Shown here: one piece after another, positions 15,001-29,100 of the stretch
How the letters are laid out: every line of letters begins with the position of its first letter
Position numbering within the stretch: the stretch's first letter is position 1
From: Balanoglossus misakiensis
Lineage: Eukaryota; Animalia; Hemichordata
Direction of reading: 5' to 3'
Length of the DNA stretch: 64,000 bases
Assembly: GCA_040954595.2 (NCBI GenBank)
Contig: CM082597.2
Span: forward strand, 1,810,422 to 1,874,421
The notes under the pieces: model-generated
What the model was told of the DNA's origin: nothing
What the model saw: only the letters and a program-made list of their open reading frames with translations
The model's database searches: none
Translations under genes and position numbers: made by a program

Positions 15001-18000
15001 TGCCTCTGTTATTGGTGAGGGAATGAGAGCTGGAGACCAAAATTCACACACACACACATACACACACACACATACATACATACCATACATAGAAGACAAA
15101 CATACTTACTTGTAATAGAACACAGAGACAGGGAAACATCATACATTGATCACAAATTGGAATACAAGAACATGACAACTCACCTAAACAGTAATACCCT
15201 TCTGTGCATATCGTACAATTTCCTACTTCACTGTTGTCTGCATTCGGTGAGAATGTACCGGGTGGGCATGGGTATCTGTCGGGACTTGGCGTCATTGGAG
15301 GGCAGTAGTAACCCGGTTTACATGGCTTTGGTGGGTTGGTAGAGTTACCTATAAGGAATCAACATTGCAAACATATTACTCCTGTTTCACCACAAAAAAG
15401 AGTACTTTTTTTCAAAACGTGCGCTGGTATTTCTACACCAAATATTTTATTCAGTGACCAAGTGTTTATATGTACAACACAAACTATAAAGATTAAATTT
15501 ACCTGTAGCCCATGAACAGTAATATCCCAATGGACAGGGAGAACACTCATCAGCTGTTGTCAAGTCTGTCGCCCAAGTGTAGGTACCAGGTGGACATGGG
15601 TACTCGTCGTTGGTGATCGTACCATTCGGACAGTAAAAACCTGAAATCATACAATGCATTGTTGCCTGGTCAATGTTGCAGGGAGGAATTTGTAAAGGGA
15701 TGAATGTATGGTTAAATGAATGAAAAGATTTACTGAATGTTATACATGACTGCATCAGTGGGTGAACAAAGAAGTCAAATATGACGAACCTTCTGCACAA
15801 GGGTGGGAACTGTTATACAGTCCAGACACAGGACATGATCTTCCAGAATCGCAGAGTCTACAGTTGTAAGAGTGACCTGTCCTTTCGTCAGGGTTGTAGG
15901 TTCCTGGCTCGCACGGCAATGGCGATATCCTAGGTTCCACTGCACTGCCATATGGACAGTAGTGACCCACTGGGCAGTCAATACACTGTTCCGGGGCTAC
16001 AGAGAGACAATATACGTGAAATTAGAGTCTGGAAAATTAGAGGTTTACAGTCACTGATGCAAAATTACCCACAGTTGTCCAGGAAAGTAGAATTCTATCC
16101 AATCGTAGATTTTCATTTGGGTGGCCACAGGAAAAAAAAGTACACCAGGGCATGGTCGTTGAAGACTTTGACAAGCCCTTTTAAACACTTACCTGTCAGA
16201 TTCAATTCACCGCTGTAGGTACCAACTGGACAGGCATTTTGAAAACCGGTCTCCTGCCCTTGTGTGCAATAGAAACCTGCAGGACACAGAGGTCCTTCGT
16301 AGTCACTTCCCGATGGACAGTAGTGACCGGCTGGACACACCAGGCAGGCTGACTGTGATGTGGCATTGGTGTCTGGGTTAAAAGTACCACCTAAAGAAAA
16401 TATACAAAACATCATAACCAGTTTGTTAACACTTTGCATGCCTTATAACCATATGTCACCATCATGAAACACGACATTGCCATATGTTGTATATAATAAT
16501 AACCAGGAAAGAGAAGAAAAAATTATTTACCTGGACAGGGAAATCTTGTAGCATAGGAAGTTCCCTGTGGACAGTAATGACCAGCTGGGCAGGGTTTATC
16601 ATCATACTTGTATTCACCCGGTCCAAGACAATAGAATCCTGCTGGGCACTCAATGCAGGCCTCGGCCTGGTTCCGTGACCCATTGTTCGGATTGTAGGTG
16701 GCCGGCGGGCAGGGGTAATAGGCGAGGCCATCACACCATCCACCCCACTCACACAGCCCCTCGGCCGGACTGGGTGATGAGGACGCCTCAGGACAGATGT
16801 AACCCGGGTTACAGGGATCACATTTCACGGACCCAGCAGGTGACCATTTGCCTGGTGGACACTCCACTGGAACTGAAATATAAGAGCAGAGAATGTGTGA
16901 ATAAAGAAATGAGACACACCTCTTCAATCAGTTCAATGGTATCTGAATAGTTATTCTGCATGTGCATGCCATAGCAAAAGTACGGAGAACATTTCTGTGA
17001 TGTACTGTACATCTAAAATGAACATTATTTTGAGTATCCCTACCTTCTCTGTCCGAGCATTCATAGCCAGCCTCACACAGTGTACAGTTCGGAGAAGCTG
17101 GCCCACTGTAGTAGCCTGTATCGCACGCTTTGGGACCCTGGACAGTGGACGGACAGTAGTATCCGGGCAGACAGTCTGTGCATTCCGTCTGTCTTCCGAA
17201 CGAGTAACTTCCGGGTGAACATTGAATCCTGGAAAACGAAAAGAGTGGGATGTGAGTTGACACACAGAACAGATGAGACCCCACCATTTAATGTCAACAA
17301 TCCCAAATTATAAACGATATGTTTCAGAAATGAATCGCAGCATACAGTATCATTGGGGAGAACTCCACCTCTTGGATATTTCTTAACCCTTTCACCACTG
17401 TTTCGTATGGTAAAGTTGGATCTCTAAAGAGGGAACTGGGGGTGGAAGGGTTAATGTCCACACAACAGTGATCAAAAGTCAGCCTAGAGATACACTTACG
17501 CATCATCCGAGTCTTTGTTTGGGCACTCATATCCAGCAGAACAAGCCAAGCATCGCGATTGGTTGCCAGTCGAATAGTAGCCATCAACACACTCTATCTG
17601 ATCGTCACGGTTTGTGTATGGACACATACTGCAAATCAAATGACAGGAGTTATTGACACCTTTTAAACATCTAACAGCAAATTGATTTATTTGATAAATA
17701 TCTTATATGATGAAGACTAATGCGTCTTTCTTAGTCACTCTATAAATAAATGGTAATGGTACAATGTAACGATAAACAGAGATCATTTTTGGTGTTGAAA
17801 TTTTAAAACAAATTAGTTTCATTAGTTGTAATATATGGTTATTTTTTTTTGTATCAACTACAGTTTCTTGTTCAACTCCCTTAAAGCATGAAGAGCTGTC
17901 TAATTTACAGTAATTAATTAATTAATTAATGGGCATAGAAAGGAGCTATTTATGAATCTGAATACTTACTATCCAGGAGGACATCCAGTACAGCCTGTCT

Positions 18001-21000
18001 GTTGGCCAACAGAATACGTCCCAGGCAGACACTGTTGCTGGTAATTGCTGTCTGTGTTCGGACACGCGAAACCAGCTGGACAACTCGTACATTCCGTGCT
18101 TCGTGACATGCTGTACTCGCCCGCCACGCAGTCTCGAATGTCCAGTCCGTCTGTGCTTGGACAAGCCTTTCCCGCTGGACAGGGCGTGCAGATTGTTGCA
18201 TTGATACTAGAGTACGTTCCGGGCTCACATTCGATGGCGGTGTCAGTTCTGAATCAAGTAAAAAAATAATTCACCATAAAGTTAGAGTCATATCATTATA
18301 CAATGTAGTTCAATAACCCATGTGCAAGAGTCCAACCATGCATTGAAAATAATCAGGTTGAAATAACCAGCAATGGTGAAAGGGCTGCAAATACTTTTTT
18401 AAAGAATACATGTACCTGTACCGAACAAGTCACCTTGGTCCAAATTCAAGAAATCAGAAAATACTTTATTTAGAATATTTAAGAAGAAAAATTTTTCAAC
18501 GTAGAGAGTGGTGAAATTATATACTTACGTGGTGCTCGGACAATAGTATCCAGCCACACAATCCGTACAGGTTAGAGCGCCGCCAGTGGCGTATGTCCCT
18601 GCCCCACAGGCTTCCATGGTAGACCCAGTGCTGCCTAAGGGACAGGCGAAACCCGGCGGGCAGTCGGTGCAGGATGTAGATCCAGCATCACTGTACTGAC
18701 CTGTATAAAAAAAATGGCCAATATGGTGACAATTTTCACAGTATTAACCTCAAGGAACCCAACACGAAACGTGGGTTGATACAAAGAATGAAAATCAGCA
18801 AAATGTTTGACTTTAAACCAACAGGTTGAGGGAAGGTTGGGTAAACAGAACCACGTAAATAAATTGGGGGTTAACTTTTCTTTAACTGGCCAGTTTTCTT
18901 ACCTGCAGTACATTCTGTTGGTTGAACCGTCGGATCTGGACAAGCGCTTCCAGCTGGACACTGCTGGCAGCCCTGATCTAGAGGTTCATCATTGTAGTAC
19001 CCTGTGTTACATTTCACGGGCAGCACAGTGGTCGATATACACTCGTATCCTGCATACCAAAAGACAACAACCGCATTAGAAAATCTAGCTCAACCCTTTC
19101 AAAGCCATAGTCAACTTGTTGTCATTTTTCACAAAATAAACCTCATAATTTTATCTTCTTTTCTCTCAAATTTTGATCATGATTTAATGGCAATGGAAAA
19201 TTATGACCACTTGGTCTAGAATTAAACGAAAAAATAGGTGAAAATGTACCAAATGATAAAAAATATGTTTTTACGACTAAGACGACTACAAACCTGCTGG
19301 ACAGGGTGTACACGTGGTTGACAGTCCCAGAGAGTAGGTTCTTGATGTGCAGGCAGTGGACGATGATGTCGTACACTGGTAGCCTGGATCACACGGAGTA
19401 CAGGATACTTCTGTGGCTGTGTCAGCATAGTAACCAGATGGACATGGAATGGCGCTGCCTGCACCATCTGGACAGTAGTTACCTACGCCGCAATCAGCAC
19501 ACGTCATGACTGTAGAACGAAAGCAGTTTAGTCAGTTGTGTGTTTTACCAATATGACAGTGGTCTAGTATGCTTATTTGGTTAAATTTTCACAGGAAATG
19601 CTACCTGCAGTTTTAGTGTTAATATTGCAAAATGCCAGTTTCCCCAATTTTCACATATAGCAGAGCTGTTGAATTCAAAAAGTATGTAAAACTACAAGTG
19701 ATGTAAACAACTTGTGGAACCATGTTCAAATCGAGACCAGAAGAAAAGAGATTTCAAGACTTACCTCCTTCAGCGCTGTACTGCCCTGTAGCGCACTGTG
19801 TGACACTTGTAGTTGTGCATTCATAACCAGCAGGACATAACGTACAGTCTGTGGCTGAACCTAGCGAGTATGAACCTATCACAGAAAAAAATCAAAGAAC
19901 GATTTGTCAAAGTTTTGACACAGCAATATGAGGTCCACACACTGTATTTGTACCACCATGGTTTGGTCCAATGATTCCTTATTAGAGAGATGTCCGTAAT
20001 CACAGGTTTTACTGTACAATACCTCTGCAGTGGAATCACAGTGATTTTCTATGTGCATCACAGTATTAAATCCAATGTGCGTTACAGTATAATTTTCTTT
20101 GTATGTCACACTATAACACAGGGAAGTCACAACAATGTTTTGCGGCCCAACTTACCAGTAACCGTTGAACAATCCACTATGGATGATGTAGTGGGACACT
20201 TGGATCCCGCTGGACAAGGGGTGCATGTGCCGTCGCCTTCCATAGCATATTCACCATCACCACAATCAACCGGATCTTGCGTTGGATCCGAACACGATTG
20301 TCCTTCAGGGCACGGAAGACAAGATGTGCGTGCAGGCTCCTCGCTTATTTCATCTGATTAAAGAAATAGATATTTGTTATCCAGTGTCATGCAAAATAAC
20401 ATAGACACACACACACATACACATCTCAGTTTCATCACACAGCAAACTGAACAAGTATCACAATCTTACCATTAGCACATCTGGTACAGTTTGTTGCACC
20501 AGCCAATGACACGTAACCCTTGGTACACTGGACAGGCGATGCGCTGGGATCTGGGCAGGCATACCCTTGCTCACAAATAGTACACTGTGTAGCACCAGCC
20601 GAACTAAAAAAAAATTATAAAACAAATTATTCCTTTGAAAGCCACATTTTTCACTATCAAAATATATTTTAATTTTTTCATATATTTAGCCTATTTCTTC
20701 ACTAGTGACCTATGGTGTTCCTATCCTGCTTTTTCGATTAGAAAGTAACCTGACCCAATGTTTGATGTTGGAAATAAAGATAGGTGGGTAGAAGTTTACC
20801 TGTAAGTGCCAGAGGCACAGCGGGTACATCCTATGTCCCCAGCCGGACTGTAATAACCAGCTGTACATGAAATCGCGGTGTTGGCATTCGGACATTGGTT
20901 ACCAGCTGGGCACTCATTGCATGATGATTGTGCTGAAAATAAACAGAGATTAATTAATAGCCCAAATAGCTAATCCCTTTTTTTTGCCTAATTTTCATAA

Positions 21001-23114
21001 TTTTACTTTCAAACATTGATCGATCCATTTAAATAAGCTTACCAATGGATATACACACATGTATTATCAACTTCTGATTGTGGCTGTATTCTTAAATGTG
21101 AACAAGTTAAATAATAAAGGGGTGCCACACCTGCTTATTCATGCTTTCAATTCAAGTACTCGATAGAAATGTTCTATAAGTTGCAGCTATAGGGGGTTTA
21201 ACTGAGGATTATAAAGTAATGCCTAAACTTAGTGCTCACACTCACCCTCTGAATCAGAGTAGTACCCATCTTCGCACACCTCTGGCTCAGACATCCCATC
21301 ATAGGGACACTTGTACCCAGCAGGACATATTGTACAATCTATACTCCCATTGTTGGCAAAATATCCCTGTCCGCATTGTGTAGGTGAGAGGCCAGCTACT
21401 GGACACATAAACCCCCCTGGACACAGCGTACATGATTCAGAACCTGCTGAACTGTAACTCCCAGTCGCACAGTCCTGTAGGAGTAAAGATGTCAAATATT
21501 AGAGAGGTTTAGTTGCCTGCTCAATAATAAAAGTCCAAGGCTTTCCAGGAGCACTTAAGCCCTCTAGCCAGCAAACTTTATCAGTATACAGCATGTTACC
21601 GGGTCAAAACCAAACTCAGTACACAACATGATTTTCTGAGTCCAAGCGCCATAATAGGTTTGTGCAAACATTTGCATAATAACTGTGTCGCACCTGGCAG
21701 TCAGCCTCTTCATCCTGTGCAGTCTGGGCATTGAACGTCCCTGCTGGACACGGTTCCATGGCCGAACTTCCACCAAGACAACTGAAAGACACAAAGGAAC
21801 GACACAATTAAATGTTAATTCCAGCCATACAATACTCAGGAATTGTTAAAATGCGCTCATTTGAGACTTTATTAATTACCGAAGCAAGGGGTAAATTTGG
21901 TTTTCAAAGGTTTAATGATTTACACTGCTCAAGAGATTTGTTTGCATCGGTGTTGTGTCATATTGGCTTAGAGGGCACACTGCATTCATACCACACACGA
22001 TAAATCAAAATCGGCCACTACATGTATAGATACAGCTGTATAGACAATATTGAAGTGTTGACGGTCAGTTGAGTACATCACCTCACAAAAACACAAACAC
22101 AGAGGATGAACCCCTTCAGATGAGCTCTCTCACTTGGGATGAGTCAAAGATCAAAGATCGATAAGTTATGTCAAATAAACACATGCCAGACATTTATTTA
22201 CATTATTTATGATAAATCATAATCCTAAATGACTAATTTATTAGTTTATTGTAGTTGCCCTGACGTCATGAATGTTTTAGAATTGGCAGCATATCGCATG
22301 CGTTGTACTACTGAATTTTTGTTAAAAGAAGAGGTGGGCCAGGAACACCTATGTTCAATTTTGTTTTGAAAATGACGGAGACTCTATACAACTTTTAACC
22401 TTGAAGTTATAAAGCCCATTTAAATACCCCAAGTTCATTACCCTATGAAAGTGTCCCTGACCGAGAGAGAGAGTGAGAAACGTGGGGATTACTACGTACA
22501 AAACAAAGAATCAACTATAGTGACTTGGTTGACTGAACATACATGTACAGAACAGTGCACTGTGGTAAACACCGAGTTCGTGATCAGACTAGTGGCCGCC
22601 TCAAGCAGGAACGTGAAACGCATGCACCCAATCACGGCTTGTGAGAAAGAAAAAAAATAACGCCTAACATTTTCAGTCCCAGTGGGGACAAGAGCCTATT
22701 AGACTGTAAAAGTTCACAGGATCTCAGTGAAAATGTCCGAAGTCCAATCTTTGAGATTACAGACAAGGCACTGGCACTTTCAAAGGAAATAAGTCAACAC
22801 AGATCAACTTCACTGTAGTTCAGCAACCCTGAGTCATAGCCTCTACATTCTTGGCTTTCTGTAGTCTCCGTAACCAGGGCGACGTAAAGAGACCCACTTT
22901 AACCGAAGCCAAAGGGAGGCAGAATGAAAGTCTTTAGGTGTGTCGAATATCGTTGTAATGAATGCCACTGATAATATATGGCGAACACGAGTTTCTAACA
23001 AAAACTGTTTTGATTTTGGTTGCAGTTGGATTTTCACTGGAGGGGAGGCTGAAACTCACCAATGAATCAATCTCACCAATCGACCAATCTATCAATCAAT
23101 CAGTCTATCTATCA

Positions 23115-23167
<53 letters not shown>

Positions 23168-26100
23168 CATTGTATCTAAGGTCTGTACTTATAAAACCTA
23201 AAAAAACTTCTTCAGAAAATACAAGGTCTACCAGCGAAGGACTGACAGCCCGGCCAACACAAACTCTCCAATAATCAGCACTATTAGTAGTACACACACA
23301 TTCTTTTCAGCTGTGGGCAAATATTACCACCAAAATCCCCACTTTCGTTTTGAAGCACCCATGAAACCCAAACACCTGAACCACAATGGTCTGTGGCAGA
23401 CATTTCAGACAGCTTCTCATGCCGCGATATTTGCACTTAACGCTGCCACCATTGTCAGACCGCCAGCTATTCTATTGGTCTATCTGAAGTGTCTTTGTCG
23501 CGACAGTGCGGACATTGTGGTCGTGTTTGCCTCGCCCTTCCAGCATTTCCCCAACAGCGAGTCAACATTCTACTCAGACAATTCGCACTTGCACAATATG
23601 CAGTTGGTGTACTATTACTACCCCATCCCTCAGGGTGATGGCAGAATCTGTCCTAAAGACATTACCACTCCATACACTGCAATGACAAATAGCAAAGTGT
23701 AAGACAACATCGTCGGACACCTTTTGAGAATGCAATTTTTATTTTCATCACTGATACATTTTGCATGTTACCTCACTGATGTACAGACATCTTCTTGTAA
23801 CATTGTGTTGAGGGGCAATATCCTCACACAACATACAGTGTCTGAAACAATCTTGGCACTGCACTCTGAAAATGAGGATAAGGTCTCTTAGACAGGCTGG
23901 GTTGTGGCGATGCAGTGACGCACAAAATACCAAACTGTGAACATACAAATGTAAGTCACATTGCAAACTTGGTTCCACACTGAACGATACAATAAAGCTG
24001 ATTGTGAGAATTCAGGTCAAGATGGCAAATGAATTGAAACACTTCATACAAGGGGCTTTGAAGTTTGAGAGGCCTGCAGTAATTTGGATTATCTTCGGTA
24101 AAGTAAATACAATTGAAGGAGAAAGAAAACAGAAATTTTTACTTCTTTAAGCTGACTGATCAAGTGTACTATGATGACAATGACAGCACACAATAGAAAA
24201 TCTCAGACAATAGTTAGTGACGACATTGCAAATAGACATACGACAGCGTCCATGCAAATGCAGCCTCTATTGTCTCCAAGCCAGCTAGTTATATTCCCAC
24301 AAAGTGAGCAGACTAAAAATAAAGTGTGTGCTGCTTCGTCGGTCTTTTTCATTGCGACTCACTGGTTCGGAACGTTCAATTCACCTGCGTGGTCGGATCA
24401 CCACTGGATACCCATGTAAACAACAACAACAACGTGAAAGACGTATACCTTTCACGATGCCATGACGCAACAAAAGACTACATCAGAGAACAGATTCTTA
24501 TTAAAATGAACGGTAACCTAATAGGTGTACTGTAATGGCATGTCACAATACAGAGGTGGTTTTTTGCCATCTTAACGTTTTCTCAAGATGCGCCTTGTGG
24601 ATCCACACTATTACTTGCATTCATGATGGCATGTGTGTTAAATGCAGAATGGTCAGTCCACTGTCTGGTTTCAAAAACAGTACGTCATTCATACAACAAT
24701 AACAGAGATTTTCAAATGGTAAAGTTGGACATCTACACATGAAAATGGAGGAGAAAGGATAGTAACCAGAATAATTGGCAAAAATCCATGTAGACTGCAT
24801 GACTGTGAATCTTAATTAGATTTTTTCTAATATCAAAGTAAGATTACACAATTGTAATCTGATTCTCCAGATCCAGGTGTGTAAATAGTGATAATGGATC
24901 TAGGTAACACACTGTTGACTTATGTCGTTGTCTAGTTCTTCTGAATTCTGGCAATGTTGCGAAACCGCCGACGAAAACTGTGACACATGATGTTCTGTCA
25001 GAATTTGTTTGAAAACTGTTTGCATTGGTAATTCAGATAAGATGCATGGAGACTTGAGTATTATTCAAAACGTCACTTAAATGCCTACGATTGGACCGAA
25101 ACGCAAATACTCTTTTCTGTTCTTTTCTGCAGATTAGGTGTGAATTCCTCTTGTTTGCTGACACATTTAAGAACTTTAAATCTGATATGTATTTGCTCCC
25201 TCTCTCTGAGCTGCTCTCCAATTAATTCATCGCACACACACTCTCCAAACACGTGTAATTCAATTCTAATGCTATTGCCTTGTTCGGAGTTCCGCTTTCG
25301 TTCACGATTTCAAATATCCTTTCTTTGAACGCTTCAATATTTGTCCCCTTCTTGTGTCAGTATCGATTTTGTAAGCGGTATTTGACTGGAGAAAACATGT
25401 TCCGTCGACACTTATATGCATAGATCTCCCATTCTCTTCAATACCTGCCTGAGGTGTACCTGTATGATTCTCACTTACCAACTCTGTGAAGTGCACAGCA
25501 GTGAAGTAACCTGTCTAAACCGAACACCAAAGTGAATGAAGACATTGGTCAGTTTGCAGAGGTATCTGGTTTATACAGTTTATACAGATGGTTCTATGTT
25601 GAAGGGACAGGAAAAGGTGTTCGGTATACACAGAATGCCAGATTAGACAGGGTTCCATTTAGACAGGTTTTATTGTACAAAATAACATGTAACCAACAGG
25701 AGTGTCTCACTCAGCTAAGTACTAGCAATGACAGCCCATAATACCAAGGAGTCGGGATATAAAACAGTCTAATTCGTAATCACATTACACATGCACCTGC
25801 TCTTTCAAACCTGCCATAAAAAATCAATCCACGAGATGTAATATTAGCGTTTAAACACACGTCATACATAATGCATGCGTAAATGTCATCTAAGATTCCC
25901 ATCAATCATAATCAACAAACGAGACATTGCGCGCAATCGTTCACCCTGTCAACGCTATCATTTGGAGTAAACCCCATTGTTTGCAGTCGGGTGGGTCCAT
26001 CTAGCCAATGACAGATTTTCACTGGGTGGCACCCCCTGAAAAGTGTCTCAACACATGTTCATTTTAAGGCTTGCACTAGTTTTATTAATCACAGAACATC

Positions 26101-29100
26101 CATCAAATTACCCGCTGCTGATTTGAGTGCGTTTATTTGCATATGCCAAGGTCATCTTAGGTCCCCAAAGATCAACTGCACATAGAGATTTGATGCCGCT
26201 GTTTACCAGGATATTATGTTGCCATGACGACACAGGAAGCCATCAACCATGGCAGGGTTGATTTCCTGAAAGTCGTAAAAGCTGCGGAGTCCTTTTTAGT
26301 GGAAAATAATAATTTCCACCTGAAATCTCGGGATGAAAAGTGACCTCATTCAGCTGCGCGATGTTTACTGACGAAGAAAACCGGTGCATTAAATCCTCAT
26401 CTCTGAGATTCAACATTTATCAAAGTAGAGAGGACCATATTTATGGAATCCACAATTAAATTGAAAGTGGCAACGAATGGTTGAAATCTTTCTGAACATG
26501 ACTAATCGATTCCGAGCAATTTGACCATATGATCTCTGCTTTGTCAGCCAATTCCAATTTAAAATCGGTCTTTGTTCACGATTTTCATTTCTCTATTCTT
26601 GATATATAGAACGAGAAAGTCTAGTGGGAATTCTCATTTCCTAAATCAAAAGTTGAATTAATCACAACTTGAGTATGGACAGTGTACATGTGCCTAAATG
26701 ATCTTGACAAATCAATGTACTAGTATGCACATTTGAAGGAACCCTGTGCAAACAACCACCTGTTAGAGTATAGCCCGTAGGCTAGCTGCGAACCTACAGA
26801 TTTTACCCACATGTGGCCACACCACTTTAAATTTGACCTCAATATCTAAACAACCATAAATGTCTATTTATGACACATTTGTCACATAGTCCACACAGAA
26901 TTGACACTTGAGACACACACTGCACTATTTTGTACAAACAAACAAAGCAACAAGGGTCTGAAGACAGCTATGCTGCTTAGCTGCCCACGAGATCCAAATC
27001 CCAGTAATAGGCATACGATTTAGTGAACTCGCGGAGCAAGGCAACCGCGGTAGGCAGGGCCTCACAGACTTGCGATACTTTGATTGCTAAGCAATGAACA
27101 AACCTGGTCTGCTAACTTGATCCTAGCGACTAATTCACGTTACTCACTGCTCTGATATCAACCACAAAGCAAATACTTATTTCGTAATCTTTCCCAAACC
27201 CGCTTTTGAGTTACGAGCGTGAGAGTCTCTTCTGAAGAGAAAAGAACAGGAAAGCGCTTAAGGCACGCCAGTTGTTCTCAGTGTTGCAGTTTTTCAACAG
27301 ATTGATTGGGACTTACGAGTTGCTAAGATCCTCCAGAGAGGCACTTTTAATGTTTCTTGCACCAGTACAGCTTAACAAATACTGTAAAACACTTTATTTT
27401 TGCGAGTTGAAATTTTCACGATATCGAGAGAGGCCACTGTTTTGTGAGTATTAATTCTCTTATTTCATTCACTGCATTGTTATCTTCAAAAACAATTTAC
27501 GCGACTTTTATTTTCACGCTATTTTGGCTCTCGCGTATTTGGCGAAAATTAATTGCTCGTGAAAATAAAGTGTTTTACAGTATCCTGAGTCTGTGCATTC
27601 TCTAGATACATTGTACGTGACGTGTCGTTTCCACTCCTGAATTTGTGTACTCTGCACAAACTAACATCAATCCACTTTTCAGCAACATGCTTACACATCT
27701 TAATTAAACCATACGAAAACAAAATAATCTGAATATTTATACATTCACAGGGGAAAACAGGACAGTGCTTTAATTTAAAAAACCTCTGACCTAGTAATAA
27801 AAGCATGACGCACAATAAACAGCATAAAATGACGCAATGTCTCTCACAAAGATTACGATCTGTTCAAAAGACACCCTCAGATTTGTTGAAGTGGCACGAC
27901 TCTGTACATAGTGATGTCAGTCGTTAGCAGCAACAAGTAAATACTCGAAGAAAACAAAATAAACTTTTACAGCCACAGTCTCCTTTCAAGTAATGCATAA
28001 CCAGTTTTGTGTGTCTTTTGGAGAGGAATTCAACAATAGCAGTTACCAGACAATTGGTAATTTCGAAAATACTTCTCAAGACGCTTACAATGTCCCAGGG
28101 TGATGTGTTTGCCATCACACCACACATGGCTGCCACATAAACAGTGCAGTCGCATGATTTCAAAGCATTAAGAGATATTGCGTCAATTTCTTTTCTGGTC
28201 TTCACGACTGACTAACACTTTTATATAGTATATACCCCAGAGAAATTTTCACAGGTAATGTGCGTAGTCCAGGAAGGCCTAATTAGTTTTGCAAGTCATT
28301 CACGCACATGTGTTGTACATCTGTTCGAAGAGTGAGTTGACAGAACAGACAAATCCACCCTCCCACCCCTATCACTCCTGCACCTTGGTATAATCCCATG
28401 TAACTCTGCCCCTGTTGGGTTGGCTCATTTTCAGCTGAATAGGGTACACTGTACATCACGTGTATGGGTGCCACAGACCCTCTTTCCCTAACATGACAGT
28501 TATTTGGTTTAACCCAACTCAAGTACAATAAGGTTGAGTCCATTTTCATTTCTATGCGGTAAGGAAGCTATGGATGTCTGTGAAACAAGTACCCTCCCAG
28601 ACTTGAGACTATTCAACATCTGACCCTAGGAAAGTACATACACCATTAGTCCATAAAGCAGAATTTCATTGTATGTTTCTTGACAATAGGTACTTTACGA
28701 CAGAGAGGCAGACAATAAATGGAAATAAAATCTTAATTTGATGGAAGGGGCGTAGACAACATTCAAACTGAAGAAAGTTGGCCATCTAAATAAATAATAA
28801 GACATAAGATACATAATATACAAAAATAGAATTTGTTTTGTATTTTATTTCATTGACATTCCCCAGTGCAAAAATATGAAACCTGCGATTTCAATATTTA
28901 ATGAAGAATATCAAGAAAAGAGATAAGTATTTCTTTTATGTCCATTCAGTTCACTTTGTCTAATTTTCAGTTTCTTTCCCTCATATCTTATGTTGATGTT
29001 TTTATTTCCAACAAAGACAGAGAGAGAGATACTGAGATGGACAGAGTGATAGACAGACAGAGACAGAACAGTACAGTGTGAAAATAATTTCCTTACAGCC

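Noticed and set aside
71-21781. Selenocysteine or stop-codon readthrough in the Cys-rich gene
   Set aside because: No in-frame TGA at Cys positions in any exon read; the apparent stops in the ORF track fall in introns.
22082-22140. Hydrophobic minus-strand stretch (LKGFILCVCVFV) with a phase-2 donor as a possible signal-peptide exon
   Set aside because: In-frame stop immediately upstream and no ATG; exons 29248-29329 and 32484-32553 give a much better 5' end.
23200-23702. 129-aa plus ORF and a minus-strand hydrophobic segment in intron 2
   Set aside because: No recognisable domain, no convincing start or exon chain.
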